Positions 40,099-48,229 of a stretch of DNA of 64,000 nt are shown piece after piece (within the stretch, counting starts at the first letter, position 1; every line of letters starts with the position of its first letter). Origin of the DNA: Candidatus Tiamatella sp. (lineage in GTDB: Archaea; Thermoproteota; Thermoprotei_A; Sulfolobales; Acidilobaceae); the NCBI GenBank assembly GCA_015522645.1, contig WALV01000019.1, positions 40,284 to 104,283 on the forward strand, written 5' to 3'. The translations under genes and the position numbers were made by a program. The notes beneath the pieces were generated by a model. The model was not told the origin of the DNA, ran no database searches, and saw nothing but the letters and a program-made list of their open reading frames with translations.

Positions 40099-40989
40099 GT
40101 GACAACAACTGGTAAAGTAAAGGGAATAATAGAGATGACTAAACCACTACAGACCATACTTCTCATGGTAACTATGATCGGAGGATACCTAGCAGCAGGT
40201 GGACATAATATTCATACAATCGTTCTCTTAGTCCTGGCAGGATATACAAGTATAGGTGGAACCACAGTACTCAACATGTATCTTGAGCGAGATATTGACT
40301 CAGTCATGGATAGAACGATGAAGAGGCCTTTGCCCTCTGGAAGAGTAGGTGTATTAGAAACGGTCACCTCTGCTTTACTCCTTCTCGTCGTTAGCGTCTA
40401 TTTATCTCGACTGATAAATACTTATGTTCTATTGACAGTCTTAGCAGGTGTTTACTTTGATATACTAATCTACACAAACCTAGTCAAGAGGAGAACCCCA
40501 TACAATATTATACTCGGAGGAGTTGCAGGTGCTATGCCCTCCTTAGGAGGGTGGGCTGCTTCAACTGGAACAATAAGCCTTGGAGGTTTACTGCTTTCAA
40601 TCGCAGTTATGCTATGGATCCCGCTTCACATATGGATCCTAGCATATTATTTGAAAGATGAGTATGCAAGGGCGCAAGTTCCAATGTTCCCTGTGGTTTC
40701 ATCTCCCCTGAAAACTGTAACTTATATTAAAGCAGCCTTGTACACGCTGATAGTCAACATAGCGTTATTCATGCTCACACAGGGCTACGGCATAATAGCA
40801 TTCCTATTCACTACGCTTCTCATCGCTAGAGCTCTTAGAATGCTTGATAAATTTAAAGCCGCCCCAAATAAGGCTACTGCATTCAAATTATACAAGTTTG
40901 CTAGCCCAATAGTAGGAACACTATTTATGTTACTACCAATAGATTATTGGCTTAAGAGCTATGAGCTTCTCATTTTCAAACCATTTTGA
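40099..40989 (+). CDS. ctaB: Protoheme IX farnesyltransferase (heme O synthase, UbiA family)
   Basis: NMYLERDIDSVMDRTMKRPLPSG and a second Asp-rich region in a polytopic membrane protein. Confidence 0.85.
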   Translation: MTTTGKVKGIIEMTKPLQTILLMVTMIGGYLAAGGHNIHTIVLLVLAGYTSIGGTTVLNMYLERDIDSVMDRTMKRPLPSGRVGVLETVTSALLLLVVSVYLSRLINTYVLLTVLAGVYFDILIYTNLVKRRTPYNIILGGVAGAMPSLGGWAASTGTISLGGLLLSIAVMLWIPLHIWILAYYLKDEYARAQVPMFPVVSSPLKTVTYIKAALYTLIVNIALFMLTQGYGIIAFLFTTLLIARALRMLDKFKAAPNKATAFKLYKFASPIVGTLFMLLPIDYWLKSYELLIFKPF

Positions 40990-41791
40990 GAGTGATGATA
41001 CTATGACAGCAGAAGATAAATGGGTGAGTAACTCAGGTATCGATTATGTAAGTGCTTTAATTCTCATACTAATTACAGGACTTCTCGTAATATCAATTGC
41101 TCTCCCAGGAATATCAGGCAATCTGTTATTTCTAGCTTTGTTTTTATCAACTAGCGTTTTGTATTTACAATGGAGAACACCGAACGCTTTAGGCATCAAG
41201 GTGATTAGTATAATATTAATCGACATATTATATTTCATTAATTTCTTCATAGCAAGAACTAATGTGGCAACATGGGCAATATTTTCTTTGCTAGTAATTA
41301 CGGCTTCTATATCCCTGGTAAGAAAAGACCCTATAGCAGTAGTACCTATTCTTTCATTGGCTATTGAATCAATGCTTCATCCCTTACAAAACATTCACTA
41401 TTTAATAATAGTTTTATTGCTATCCACATTACCCCTATTTTCCTCTAGAAGAATCCACTCTCTCCTACCATTAATCGCTGTATCCCCCCTTCTATTATTT
41501 TCACCTAATAGTCTAGTTTCCACCCTCATTACATTGACCTACATTCTATTCATATCAAATAGCATAGAAAACTTAGATAAATGCCCGTTTAGAAGAGAAA
41601 TCTCCCTTGTCATAGGAGGCTTTTTTATCCAGGTAATAACAGTACTAGTGATGCTGTTTTCACATGAATCATCTACCAGTCTTCTTTCCTACTGGATTCT
41701 AGGATATATGATCAGTGCTATAGGACTTACTTCTCCTCCTTTCTATAAGCCTGCTCCTGATAATAGGGTGGTTTATAGAAAGGACGCCTGA
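40961..41791 (+). CDS. Polytopic membrane protein, function unknown
   Basis: It has 7-8 hydrophobic segments and overlaps the ctaB stop, which suggests co-transcription. Confidence 0.45.
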   Translation: MSFSFSNHFESDDTMTAEDKWVSNSGIDYVSALILILITGLLVISIALPGISGNLLFLALFLSTSVLYLQWRTPNALGIKVISIILIDILYFINFFIARTNVATWAIFSLLVITASISLVRKDPIAVVPILSLAIESMLHPLQNIHYLIIVLLLSTLPLFSSRRIHSLLPLIAVSPLLLFSPNSLVSTLITLTYILFISNSIENLDKCPFRREISLVIGGFFIQVITVLVMLFSHESSTSLLSYWILGYMISAIGLTSPPFYKPAPDNRVVYRKDA

Positions 41792-42731
41792 GTTTATTCA
41801 CATCTTTTATAGCATTCATGATAGCTCTGATTTTATCTTCACGCGTCTTCAACTCTTTGATATAGCTTCTAATATTTGGCCTAGGACCGAACCAGTTTAT
41901 ACACGGGAACAACTCTCCTATAGGGGAAATTCTTATCCTAGTGCAACCCATGCAGAATCTCCAGTTATTATAGGGCCGGACAATCTCTACTTTTACACCG
42001 TTATCCAAAAAATATATCGGCCTGTTATGTAACTCTTTCCTTATTGTTATTTTTTGGGATCTTTCAGATAAATACTCCTCAACTTCATCCAATGATAGAT
42101 AGTACTTGCCGAAATTTTCTTTTCCAAGTCCAACAGGATGAAGTTCTATTAACTGGAGGACTAGGCCTTTCTTGAATGCAAATTCTATCATGTCAGGTAT
42201 CTCGCTATCATTAATATCCTTCATAACAACCATGTTTATTTTAATTTGTTTGTAACCTGTCTGTATGGCTTTTTCGATTCCCTGTAAAACTCTTTCATGG
42301 GCATTAACACCTGTAATAAACTTATATACTTCCGGTTTAAGAGTATGTAAACTCACGTTTAACCTATCTAAACCAGCTTCTTTTAACCATTCACTAAGGC
42401 TCTTTAGTAAATATCCGTTAGTTGTCAACGATAAATCATCGAAGGATCCGTATTCCTTGAACACGCTGATAATTTCAGGTAATTCCTCCCTTAAAAGAGG
42501 CTCACCACCTGTAAATTTCACTTTACTAATCCCGACTCTGGAAGCTGCCTCAGCCACTAAACTATATTCATCCAGTGAAAGATAACCCAAGCTCCTAGCC
42601 ATCCCCGGCTGTATAGGGGAATCCAGAGGTTCGCCTTCAATATGACAAAATAGGCAACGATAATTGCATTCATCTGTCACAATCACTCTAAGATTAAGTA
42701 GCGGTCTTCCGTAACCGTCCTTCAACACCAT
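41727..42731 (-). CDS. moaA: GTP 3',8-cyclase MoaA (radical SAM)
   Basis: CNYRCLFCH radical-SAM cluster, GGEPLLR, and a C-terminal CxxC...C cluster (CMGCTRIRISP). Confidence 0.9.
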   Translation of the reverse strand: MVLKDGYGRPLLNLRVIVTDECNYRCLFCHIEGEPLDSPIQPGMARSLGYLSLDEYSLVAEAASRVGISKVKFTGGEPLLREELPEIISVFKEYGSFDDLSLTTNGYLLKSLSEWLKEAGLDRLNVSLHTLKPEVYKFITGVNAHERVLQGIEKAIQTGYKQIKINMVVMKDINDSEIPDMIEFAFKKGLVLQLIELHPVGLGKENFGKYYLSLDEVEEYLSERSQKITIRKELHNRPIYFLDNGVKVEIVRPYNNWRFCMGCTRIRISPIGELFPCINWFGPRPNIRSYIKELKTREDKIRAIMNAIKDVNKLRRPFYKPPYYQEQAYRKEEK

Positions 42732-42841
42732 TATTCGAACACCGTATATTCCTCTTCTCTAAACAAAGCCGCCGGGTCTAATGTGGTATTATTAGAGGTT
42801 AAATTTGAATAGTTCATGTTTCAATAGAATGTTAATGTTTT

Positions 42842-42918
42842 TGGTGGACCGGCCGGGATTTGAACCCGGGGCCTCCCGGATGCCAACCGGGCGCTCTTCC
42901 AAGCTGAGCTACCGGCCC
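42842..42918 (-). tRNA. tRNA-Ala(GGC), CCA encoded
   Basis: The reverse complement is GGGCCGGTAGCTCAGCTTGGAAGAGCGCCCGGTTGGCATCCGGGAGGCCCCGGGTTCAAATCCCGGCCGGTCCACCA. It has the G3:U70 identity pair and the anticodon loop UUGGCAU. Confidence 0.9.
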
Positions 42919-42931
42919 ACTCTTCCATATT
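42871..42931. repeat. 61-bp direct repeat, copy 1 (tRNA-Ala nt 1-48 plus 13 nt of 5' flank)
   Basis: Identical 61/61 to 43832-43892 by direct comparison. Confidence 0.95.
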
Positions 42932-43028
42932 CATTTATCTGAAAGGCTAGAAGGCTTTAAAGATTCATCTAATAAGCTGGGTAAGCTTGCATACAGGTAT
43001 GTTTCCAGGGTTCGTTAAAAAAAGAATA

Positions 43029-43604
43029 TTATTTTAAGGGAATGATATTCTTTCTGTACGTGTTATTAATGATAATAGCTGCAGTCAGATACCAATTATA
43101 TAGTGATTGAGCAAGAGAAATTATGCCCGCTGTGAATATAACTATAGTGTTCCCATAAGCAGCAGCTGCGAGAAACGCGAATGTTATAGCAAGCCAGTAG
43201 AGGTTAGCGGATATCATTTTCCCTAAAGGCCTAAGAACGACTCCGGAGACCAGTGCCATAAATATCCAAAATAGCCAAAACATCAAGAAAGTTGTTGGAG
43301 ACGGCTGTGATAGAATTGGTATGGCATATGTGAAAAGATATACGAAACCCGCTATAAACCCAAAAAGGCTCCAAACAAGTATCACAAATCCTGTAGATCC
43401 CATATTATTTCTTAACTCTATTATTGATGCTAGGAAATATCCGAGGCCTATCAAACAGAGCAGTGTGAATATTAGGATACCAAGTGAGTCGGCGAAGGGT
43501 ACAAGGCCAGTATATGTAAAACCAGTAATGAAGAGTGCGAATGCGAATCCGGTGTTACCTATTGCAGAAACTGATGCCCAATTTACATTTTCTTCGGTGC
43601 TCAA
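43029..43604 (-). CDS. Six-TM membrane protein, possibly GPR1/FUN34/YaaH (SatP) acetate/succinate channel family
   Basis: The size (191 aa), the six hydrophobic helices and the C-terminal LYNWYLTAAIIINNTY...IPL resemble my recollection of SatP (aiYla.gevlN..fg..vlP). Similarity is weak. Confidence 0.4.
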   Translation of the reverse strand: MSTEENVNWASVSAIGNTGFAFALFITGFTYTGLVPFADSLGILIFTLLCLIGLGYFLASIIELRNNMGSTGFVILVWSLFGFIAGFVYLFTYAIPILSQPSPTTFLMFWLFWIFMALVSGVVLRPLGKMISANLYWLAITFAFLAAAAYGNTIVIFTAGIISLAQSLYNWYLTAAIIINNTYRKNIIPLK

Positions 43605-43831
43605 AATTATACACCTAATGTTTTTTATGATTTTATTTACAATAGTTGAAGATTAAACTTTATACGTTTTCGTAACCCTTTCAGTCTCCAAGCTAGGTTA
43701 TCATAGTATTATTTTACATGATATTTGACATACGCCTCCAATTTCTAAGTTACTACAGAGCTATTATGTGTCAGTTATGTGTCAGCGTTGTCAAAAATTC
43801 ATCAAAATTCTCTTTGACAAAACTGTAGCAA

Positions 43832-43892
43832 GCCTCCCGGATGCCAACCGGGCGCTCTTCCAAGCTGAGCTACCGGCCCACTCTTCCATATT
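43832..43892. repeat. 61-bp direct repeat, copy 2 (truncated tRNA-Ala 5' fragment, non-functional)
   Basis: Identical to 42871-42931. It lacks the T-arm, acceptor 3' strand and CCA. Confidence 0.95.
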
Positions 43893-43943
43893 ATACACGG
43901 CACGACTATTGTCCATTAGTAGGGTAGTTTATATTTTTCGGGA

Positions 43944-44271
43944 GGGGGGTAGCCCGGGCTATAACTCACCTTCTGTACTACGGCGGCATTCGACTCTGCG
44001 GTCTCACCGGCCTTTCACGGTTATTCATCGGCCGGCAGCCTTGCTCCGTGAGGGATACCCGTTTCACCGCTTCCTCCAAGGTGCTCAGGGGGTTACTGCA
44101 GACCTGTTGCCAGGTCTGCCTCTCCGCCTCATAGGCATCTCCTGGAGGGCGTGTCGTTTCTGTGGCATTGCCACGGGTCTCCCCGTACCCCTCGCGGGGT
44201 CCCACTACCGTGGGGAGGGTGAAGTTTCCTCAGGCCTTTAAAGCCCGTGGGCCGCCAGCCCGGTCTACCCC
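43944..44271 (-). ncRNA. rnpB: RNase P RNA (archaeal type A-like, ~330 nt)
   Basis: A GC-rich island in an AT-rich context. The minus strand has CUGAGGAAACUUC (CR-I/P4 5' strand), GCCACAGAAAC, GCGGUGAAACGGG and GUACAGAAGGUGAGUUAUA (CR-V/P4 3' strand). The ends GGGUAGACCGGGCU / AGCCCGGGCUACCC pair as P1. Confidence 0.7.
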
Positions 44272-44339
44272 TATATTGTCTTATGTATTTGTTTTACTTC
44301 TATATTTTTAGGGTGCATTACAGCTAGAGTTCTATCGGT

Positions 44340-44897
44340 GTGTTACTATTGGATACCACGGAGATAGCTGGGTCTTTAAAATGGTTGGCCAGGACAGGGT
44401 GGATGCAAAGAGGAGTTCCTTCTAGTGCTGCTGAAAATGTTTCACAGCACTCCTTCGAGGCAGCCATCATTGCCTTGGACTTAGCTTACAGGTTGAGAGA
44501 TCAGGGAGTAAGTGTTGACCCTCTGAGAGCTAGCGTGCTTGCATTGATTCATGATATTGCTGAGTCGGTCGTTGGAGATATTCCTAGATGGAGCAGTTCC
44601 AGAATGGCTGGTTTGAAAGAAAAATTAGAATCTACCGCTGTCAACGAAATGAGTGTTCATCCAAATATTAAGGGTTTGTTTGAAGAGTATATTGATGGGA
44701 AGTCGTTAGAGGCGAGTATTGCTAAGCTATCCGATTATATTTCAACATGTATACAAGCAGGTAGATACCTTTCCATGGGCTATAATGTTGAGGAAATATT
44801 TTCGAATATGAAAAATGAAGCTGACGTGGAAGCTTCTTCCTGTTGCCCCCAGCTTTCCGGTTATATTAAAAAGTTTTGCAGTAAATATAATGCGTGA
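44340..44897 (+). CDS. HD-domain phosphohydrolase (YfbR-like 5'-nucleotidase family)
   Basis: ENVSQHSFEAA...LIHDIAESVVGDIP (H...HD...D pattern). Confidence 0.75.
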   Translation: MLLLDTTEIAGSLKWLARTGWMQRGVPSSAAENVSQHSFEAAIIALDLAYRLRDQGVSVDPLRASVLALIHDIAESVVGDIPRWSSSRMAGLKEKLESTAVNEMSVHPNIKGLFEEYIDGKSLEASIAKLSDYISTCIQAGRYLSMGYNVEEIFSNMKNEADVEASSCCPQLSGYIKKFCSKYNA

Positions 44898-44902
44898 AAC
44901 GA

Positions 44903-45637
44903 TTAGTATTTATCTGAGGCTTCTAGGATCATTACCCCAAACATTCTAGTTTCAAGCTTGACTTTTTTGAAGTATTTTCTAAATAGCTCCATGTATTCCT
45001 CTCCGGTTAGGTGTTTCCGGTATGTCTTGTATAGATCTGCATATAAACTAGGTTTTGTACAGCCAGCAAGGAGTGATAGGATAGGGAAACCTATTCTTAG
45101 ATAGAATTCTATGGCTTTCGCCTTAACAGTGGATTCCGGTTTATAGAAGTCCAATATAACGACTTTACCATGCGGGGTTAGTACTCTGGCTATCTCGCTT
45201 ATAGCCTGCTCCAAGTCATATGCGTCTCTCAAAGCAAAACTTGATATTATAGCATCCATACTATCGTCCTTTAACGGTATTCCCTCAAATACGCCCTGTA
45301 TAGGCTCATGTTTTTCACGGGGGAAAACAGAGAGGTTCTTCCGCTGTTCTTCGATCATTCTCATCAAGGGATCTAAAGTAAATACCATCATTGCGCCTTG
45401 CCGGAGAGCTTCTACTGTTATATACCCAGGACCAGACCCAGCGTCAAGAACTTTCTTACCTTCCACACTAGCTTTTCTGACAGCTATACGTCGAAGCCTT
45501 GATATCTGGCCAAAACTAGTAATCCTATTCACTTTCTCATAGCATTCCACTAGCTTCTCTAAATCCTCTTTTACGGTCTCCCACAATTCCCCTAAACCCT
45601 TCTCTTTCACAGTCCAATCAACCATTAAACTACCCAT
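44903..45637 (-). CDS. UbiE/MenG-family SAM-dependent methyltransferase
   Basis: YEKVNRITSFGQISRLRR (UbiE N-terminal motif) and VLDAGSGPGY (SAM motif I). I trimmed to the ATG at 45637. Confidence 0.65.
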   Translation of the reverse strand: MGSLMVDWTVKEKGLGELWETVKEDLEKLVECYEKVNRITSFGQISRLRRIAVRKASVEGKKVLDAGSGPGYITVEALRQGAMMVFTLDPLMRMIEEQRKNLSVFPREKHEPIQGVFEGIPLKDDSMDAIISSFALRDAYDLEQAISEIARVLTPHGKVVILDFYKPESTVKAKAIEFYLRIGFPILSLLAGCTKPSLYADLYKTYRKHLTGEEYMELFRKYFKKVKLETRMFGVMILEASDKY

Positions 45638-45644
45638 ATATAAT

Positions 45645-46454
45645 GTGGCATTAATAACAGATACAATATACCTCTTTTTAGAGGGGAGGTTATTGAAGGA
45701 GCAGGGAGTAACCGTAACGACTGGTAGTGTATTATTAAGTGTTGCTTGGGCAGTCATAGACAAAATAGAAAGAGATGCTATGGAATCCGGCAGAGAACCG
45801 TCTTATTACGTCTTCTATAGCCCAGAACTCAATAATTTCCTAGAAGGTTTTGGATATGCTCCTCCTAGCAGGTTTATAGTTTACTTATCCCCTTATGACG
45901 GGCAAGATGATGAGGAATTAGAAATAAGTGATAGTGTTAAACTAGTCTTCCGTAGGCTGGAAGGCGATGGTATGAGTTATAAAGAATTAATGGAATCCGC
46001 TTATAAGATACCGTTCATCTATGATTCATCCTTATTGAGGAAATACTCGAGGAACACCGATCAAACCGGTGTGGAGTATATGTTGCTTTATCTTTCAGAT
46101 TCCAGGCTGGTTTACCTCGAAGGAGAACGTTTCCACGTCTCTATTCCATTCGTACAGTCTTCAGTGGCGTCATTGCATACTCACCCTGAACAGTCCTGCA
46201 TGCTCTCTCACGCAGATGTAGAGAGCGCTCTTGACTCCCTCGTAAGCGGGGCCATTGTTGCTGGTGCCGTAACAACTAAATGCGCTGTTGTTCTGAGGAG
46301 GAGGAACCTAGTTACTGAGGAGGATTTCATAGAACTCAAGAAACTGGCTAGCTTCCTTAGGAGGAAGAAGCTGGATTACAGGCTGGTTCAAACTAGAATT
46401 TATGAATTAAATAAGAAAATGGAGTCTGTTATTCTAGACTTTCTTTATTATTAA
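45645..46454 (+). CDS. JAB1/MPN/Mov34 (JAMM) metalloprotease-domain protein
   Basis: An exact JAMM motif, H-x-H-x7-S-x2-D, in SLHTHPEQSCMLSHAD. Confidence 0.65.
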   Translation: MALITDTIYLFLEGRLLKEQGVTVTTGSVLLSVAWAVIDKIERDAMESGREPSYYVFYSPELNNFLEGFGYAPPSRFIVYLSPYDGQDDEELEISDSVKLVFRRLEGDGMSYKELMESAYKIPFIYDSSLLRKYSRNTDQTGVEYMLLYLSDSRLVYLEGERFHVSIPFVQSSVASLHTHPEQSCMLSHADVESALDSLVSGAIVAGAVTTKCAVVLRRRNLVTEEDFIELKKLASFLRRKKLDYRLVQTRIYELNKKMESVILDFLYY

Positions 46455-47737
46455 CGTGCTAGTAACTCTAATGCTGTCGGAATTATCTTGTAACCTCCCT
46501 CAATTATTCCTATTGAACCTTTACTACACTCTGCCTCATCGAACCTTACGAGATTGTCTCCGGTTTTTCCGGGAACTAATATGCTTAATGGAACAGGGTC
46601 ATCGCTGTGTGCCTTCAAGTACCATGGAGTCGAATGGTCCGATGTGATAATCACACTCATATTTTCGTTAAGGAGGTAGTCCCTAACTCTTGCAAAGAAG
46701 CACTCGTCAATCAATTCGATGGCCTTCTTTTTAGCATCGAAATCCCCGTCATGCCCGGGTTCGTCAGGGCCTTTTAAATGAACATATACGGCATCAAATT
46801 TCTCTAAACCGTTGATAAGAAGCTCAGCCTCCTCTTTTAACAGGTCTCTCTTGTTTTTGCCTTCAACTTCGACTGGTATAATCCCTATACCCGCCGCTCT
46901 GGCAATGCCTCTTTCAACAGGCATTTCCACTATTGCCCCCCACTTCAAGCCTGTTAGCCCTTTTATGGGAGGCATTGGCGGGACATGGTCTCCTGCGTCT
47001 CTAGAGAGTACGGCATTGGCTGGAAGGAGTCCTTTAGATACACGTGCCTCGTTAACAGGGTGGCTATCAAGTATCTCTATTGCTTTCATTGTGAATTCAT
47101 TAACCAGTTCCGCGGTAAGTTTGGCTTCAATAGAATCATACATGGGTTCAGCCAACTTTAATTTAGCATCGAATTTTTCTAGTGCTATAGAAATCAATCC
47201 TTTTCTTCCATAAGCAGGGTCCGTGTTAGTTATCATTGCGCTTAGTTTATTCTTTTTATGCCCAACAATTAAGACCCCCCTATGGCCTATTGTTGCTTTA
47301 AATTTAGCGTAACCCGCTCCTTCATCTAACTCGAGCCCATCAATAGATCCAGCTAGTTCATGCGCCTCTTTACTGGATAGATTCCTTCCCACACGTCTGT
47401 CTATTATCTCGAGTGTTCTCGGGTTTATAGTGGCAAAATTAGATCTTAGTGCCACCTCATACTCGTTCTTCAACATTAAACCTGCTCCTAACGCTTCTAA
47501 GGGACCTCTGCCGGTATAGTATTTATGTGGATCATATCCTAGTAGGGACATTGTCGCGGCATCGCTTTCGGGAGCTACTCCTCTACCTACAGTGTATACT
47601 AGTCCGCAATAGGACTGTGAAGCAATAAGATCTATGTTAGGCTTATATGCTTCCGATAGTACCCTCCGAGGAGCATTCATTCCATCGGGAGCGCCATCCA
47701 GGACTATGTAGGCTATTTTTCTAGTCATATCGACCAC
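46451..47737 (-). CDS. apgM: Cofactor-independent phosphoglycerate mutase, archaeal type (ApgM)
   Basis: YIVLDGAPDG..., HLKGPDEPGHDGD and ITSDHSTP motifs. Confidence 0.9.
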   Translation of the reverse strand: MVDMTRKIAYIVLDGAPDGMNAPRRVLSEAYKPNIDLIASQSYCGLVYTVGRGVAPESDAATMSLLGYDPHKYYTGRGPLEALGAGLMLKNEYEVALRSNFATINPRTLEIIDRRVGRNLSSKEAHELAGSIDGLELDEGAGYAKFKATIGHRGVLIVGHKKNKLSAMITNTDPAYGRKGLISIALEKFDAKLKLAEPMYDSIEAKLTAELVNEFTMKAIEILDSHPVNEARVSKGLLPANAVLSRDAGDHVPPMPPIKGLTGLKWGAIVEMPVERGIARAAGIGIIPVEVEGKNKRDLLKEEAELLINGLEKFDAVYVHLKGPDEPGHDGDFDAKKKAIELIDECFFARVRDYLLNENMSVIITSDHSTPWYLKAHSDDPVPLSILVPGKTGDNLVRFDEAECSKGSIGIIEGGYKIIPTALELLAR

Positions 47738-47744
47738 CTGTACA

Positions 47745-48149
47745 TTATTCTAAGTTATACCTCTTCACATATAGTTTTAGTTTATCTGCGACAATCCGTG
47801 GAATCCATGCGAACCTCGAGTCGCCGGAAGTTTTACGTAGTTTAAGTTTCCTGTAAACTGCACGGAAAACAAGTTCTTGCCTCCAGTCATAGACGATTAT
47901 TTCCCCCGAAACATGGCCTTGGGGGTTTCTTACTAGCCTGACGATAACCAAGTATTCGTCTCTAGATAATTCTCTGACTATAACTCTCTTAGCCTCGCCT
48001 TTGACATATGTCTTGCATTCCTCACATATATCACCGGAAGCGAGCTCTATTATTTCCCCCTTTTCATTTACTATGAAAGCCATTCTTCTAGTAGCATGTT
48101 TACTTGTCCTAGATTTGGTAAGCTCTACCACCACGTCCAATAAGAACAC
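47745..48149 (-). CDS. Hypothetical protein (134 aa)
   Basis: Clean ORF abutting apgM. No motif recognised. Confidence 0.45.
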   Translation of the reverse strand: MFLLDVVVELTKSRTSKHATRRMAFIVNEKGEIIELASGDICEECKTYVKGEAKRVIVRELSRDEYLVIVRLVRNPQGHVSGEIIVYDWRQELVFRAVYRKLKLRKTSGDSRFAWIPRIVADKLKLYVKRYNLE

Positions 48150-48229
48150 CAGAATTGTTGTTTATGCTATGCAGTTAATATCCTCTGCCTCCCTCAACAA
48201 AGAAATCTTGGCAGTAGACTCGGGCTGAA

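Larger units (their letters stand above)
42932..43892. mobile_element. Putative integrated-element remnant / insert bounded by tRNA-Ala-derived att-like repeats (no integrase)
   Basis: A 961-bp unit lies between and includes one copy of the 61-bp repeat. It carries one membrane-protein gene and a repeat-rich 227-bp non-coding arm. Confidence 0.35.

Noticed and set aside
43768-44241. 157-aa (+) ORF, and the 75-aa (-) ORF at 43978-44205
   Set aside because: Both lie entirely within the GC-rich RNase P RNA and the tRNA-fragment region. Their Arg/Pro/Gly-rich translations are typical of reading through structured RNA, so they are not called as CDS.
43944-44271. Alternative identity of the GC-rich island as SRP (7S) RNA
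   Set aside because: I could not find the SRP helix-8 or 5'-domain motifs. By contrast, RNase P CR-I, CR-V, ACAGAAA and GGUGAAACGG blocks are all present in the correct order on the minus strand.
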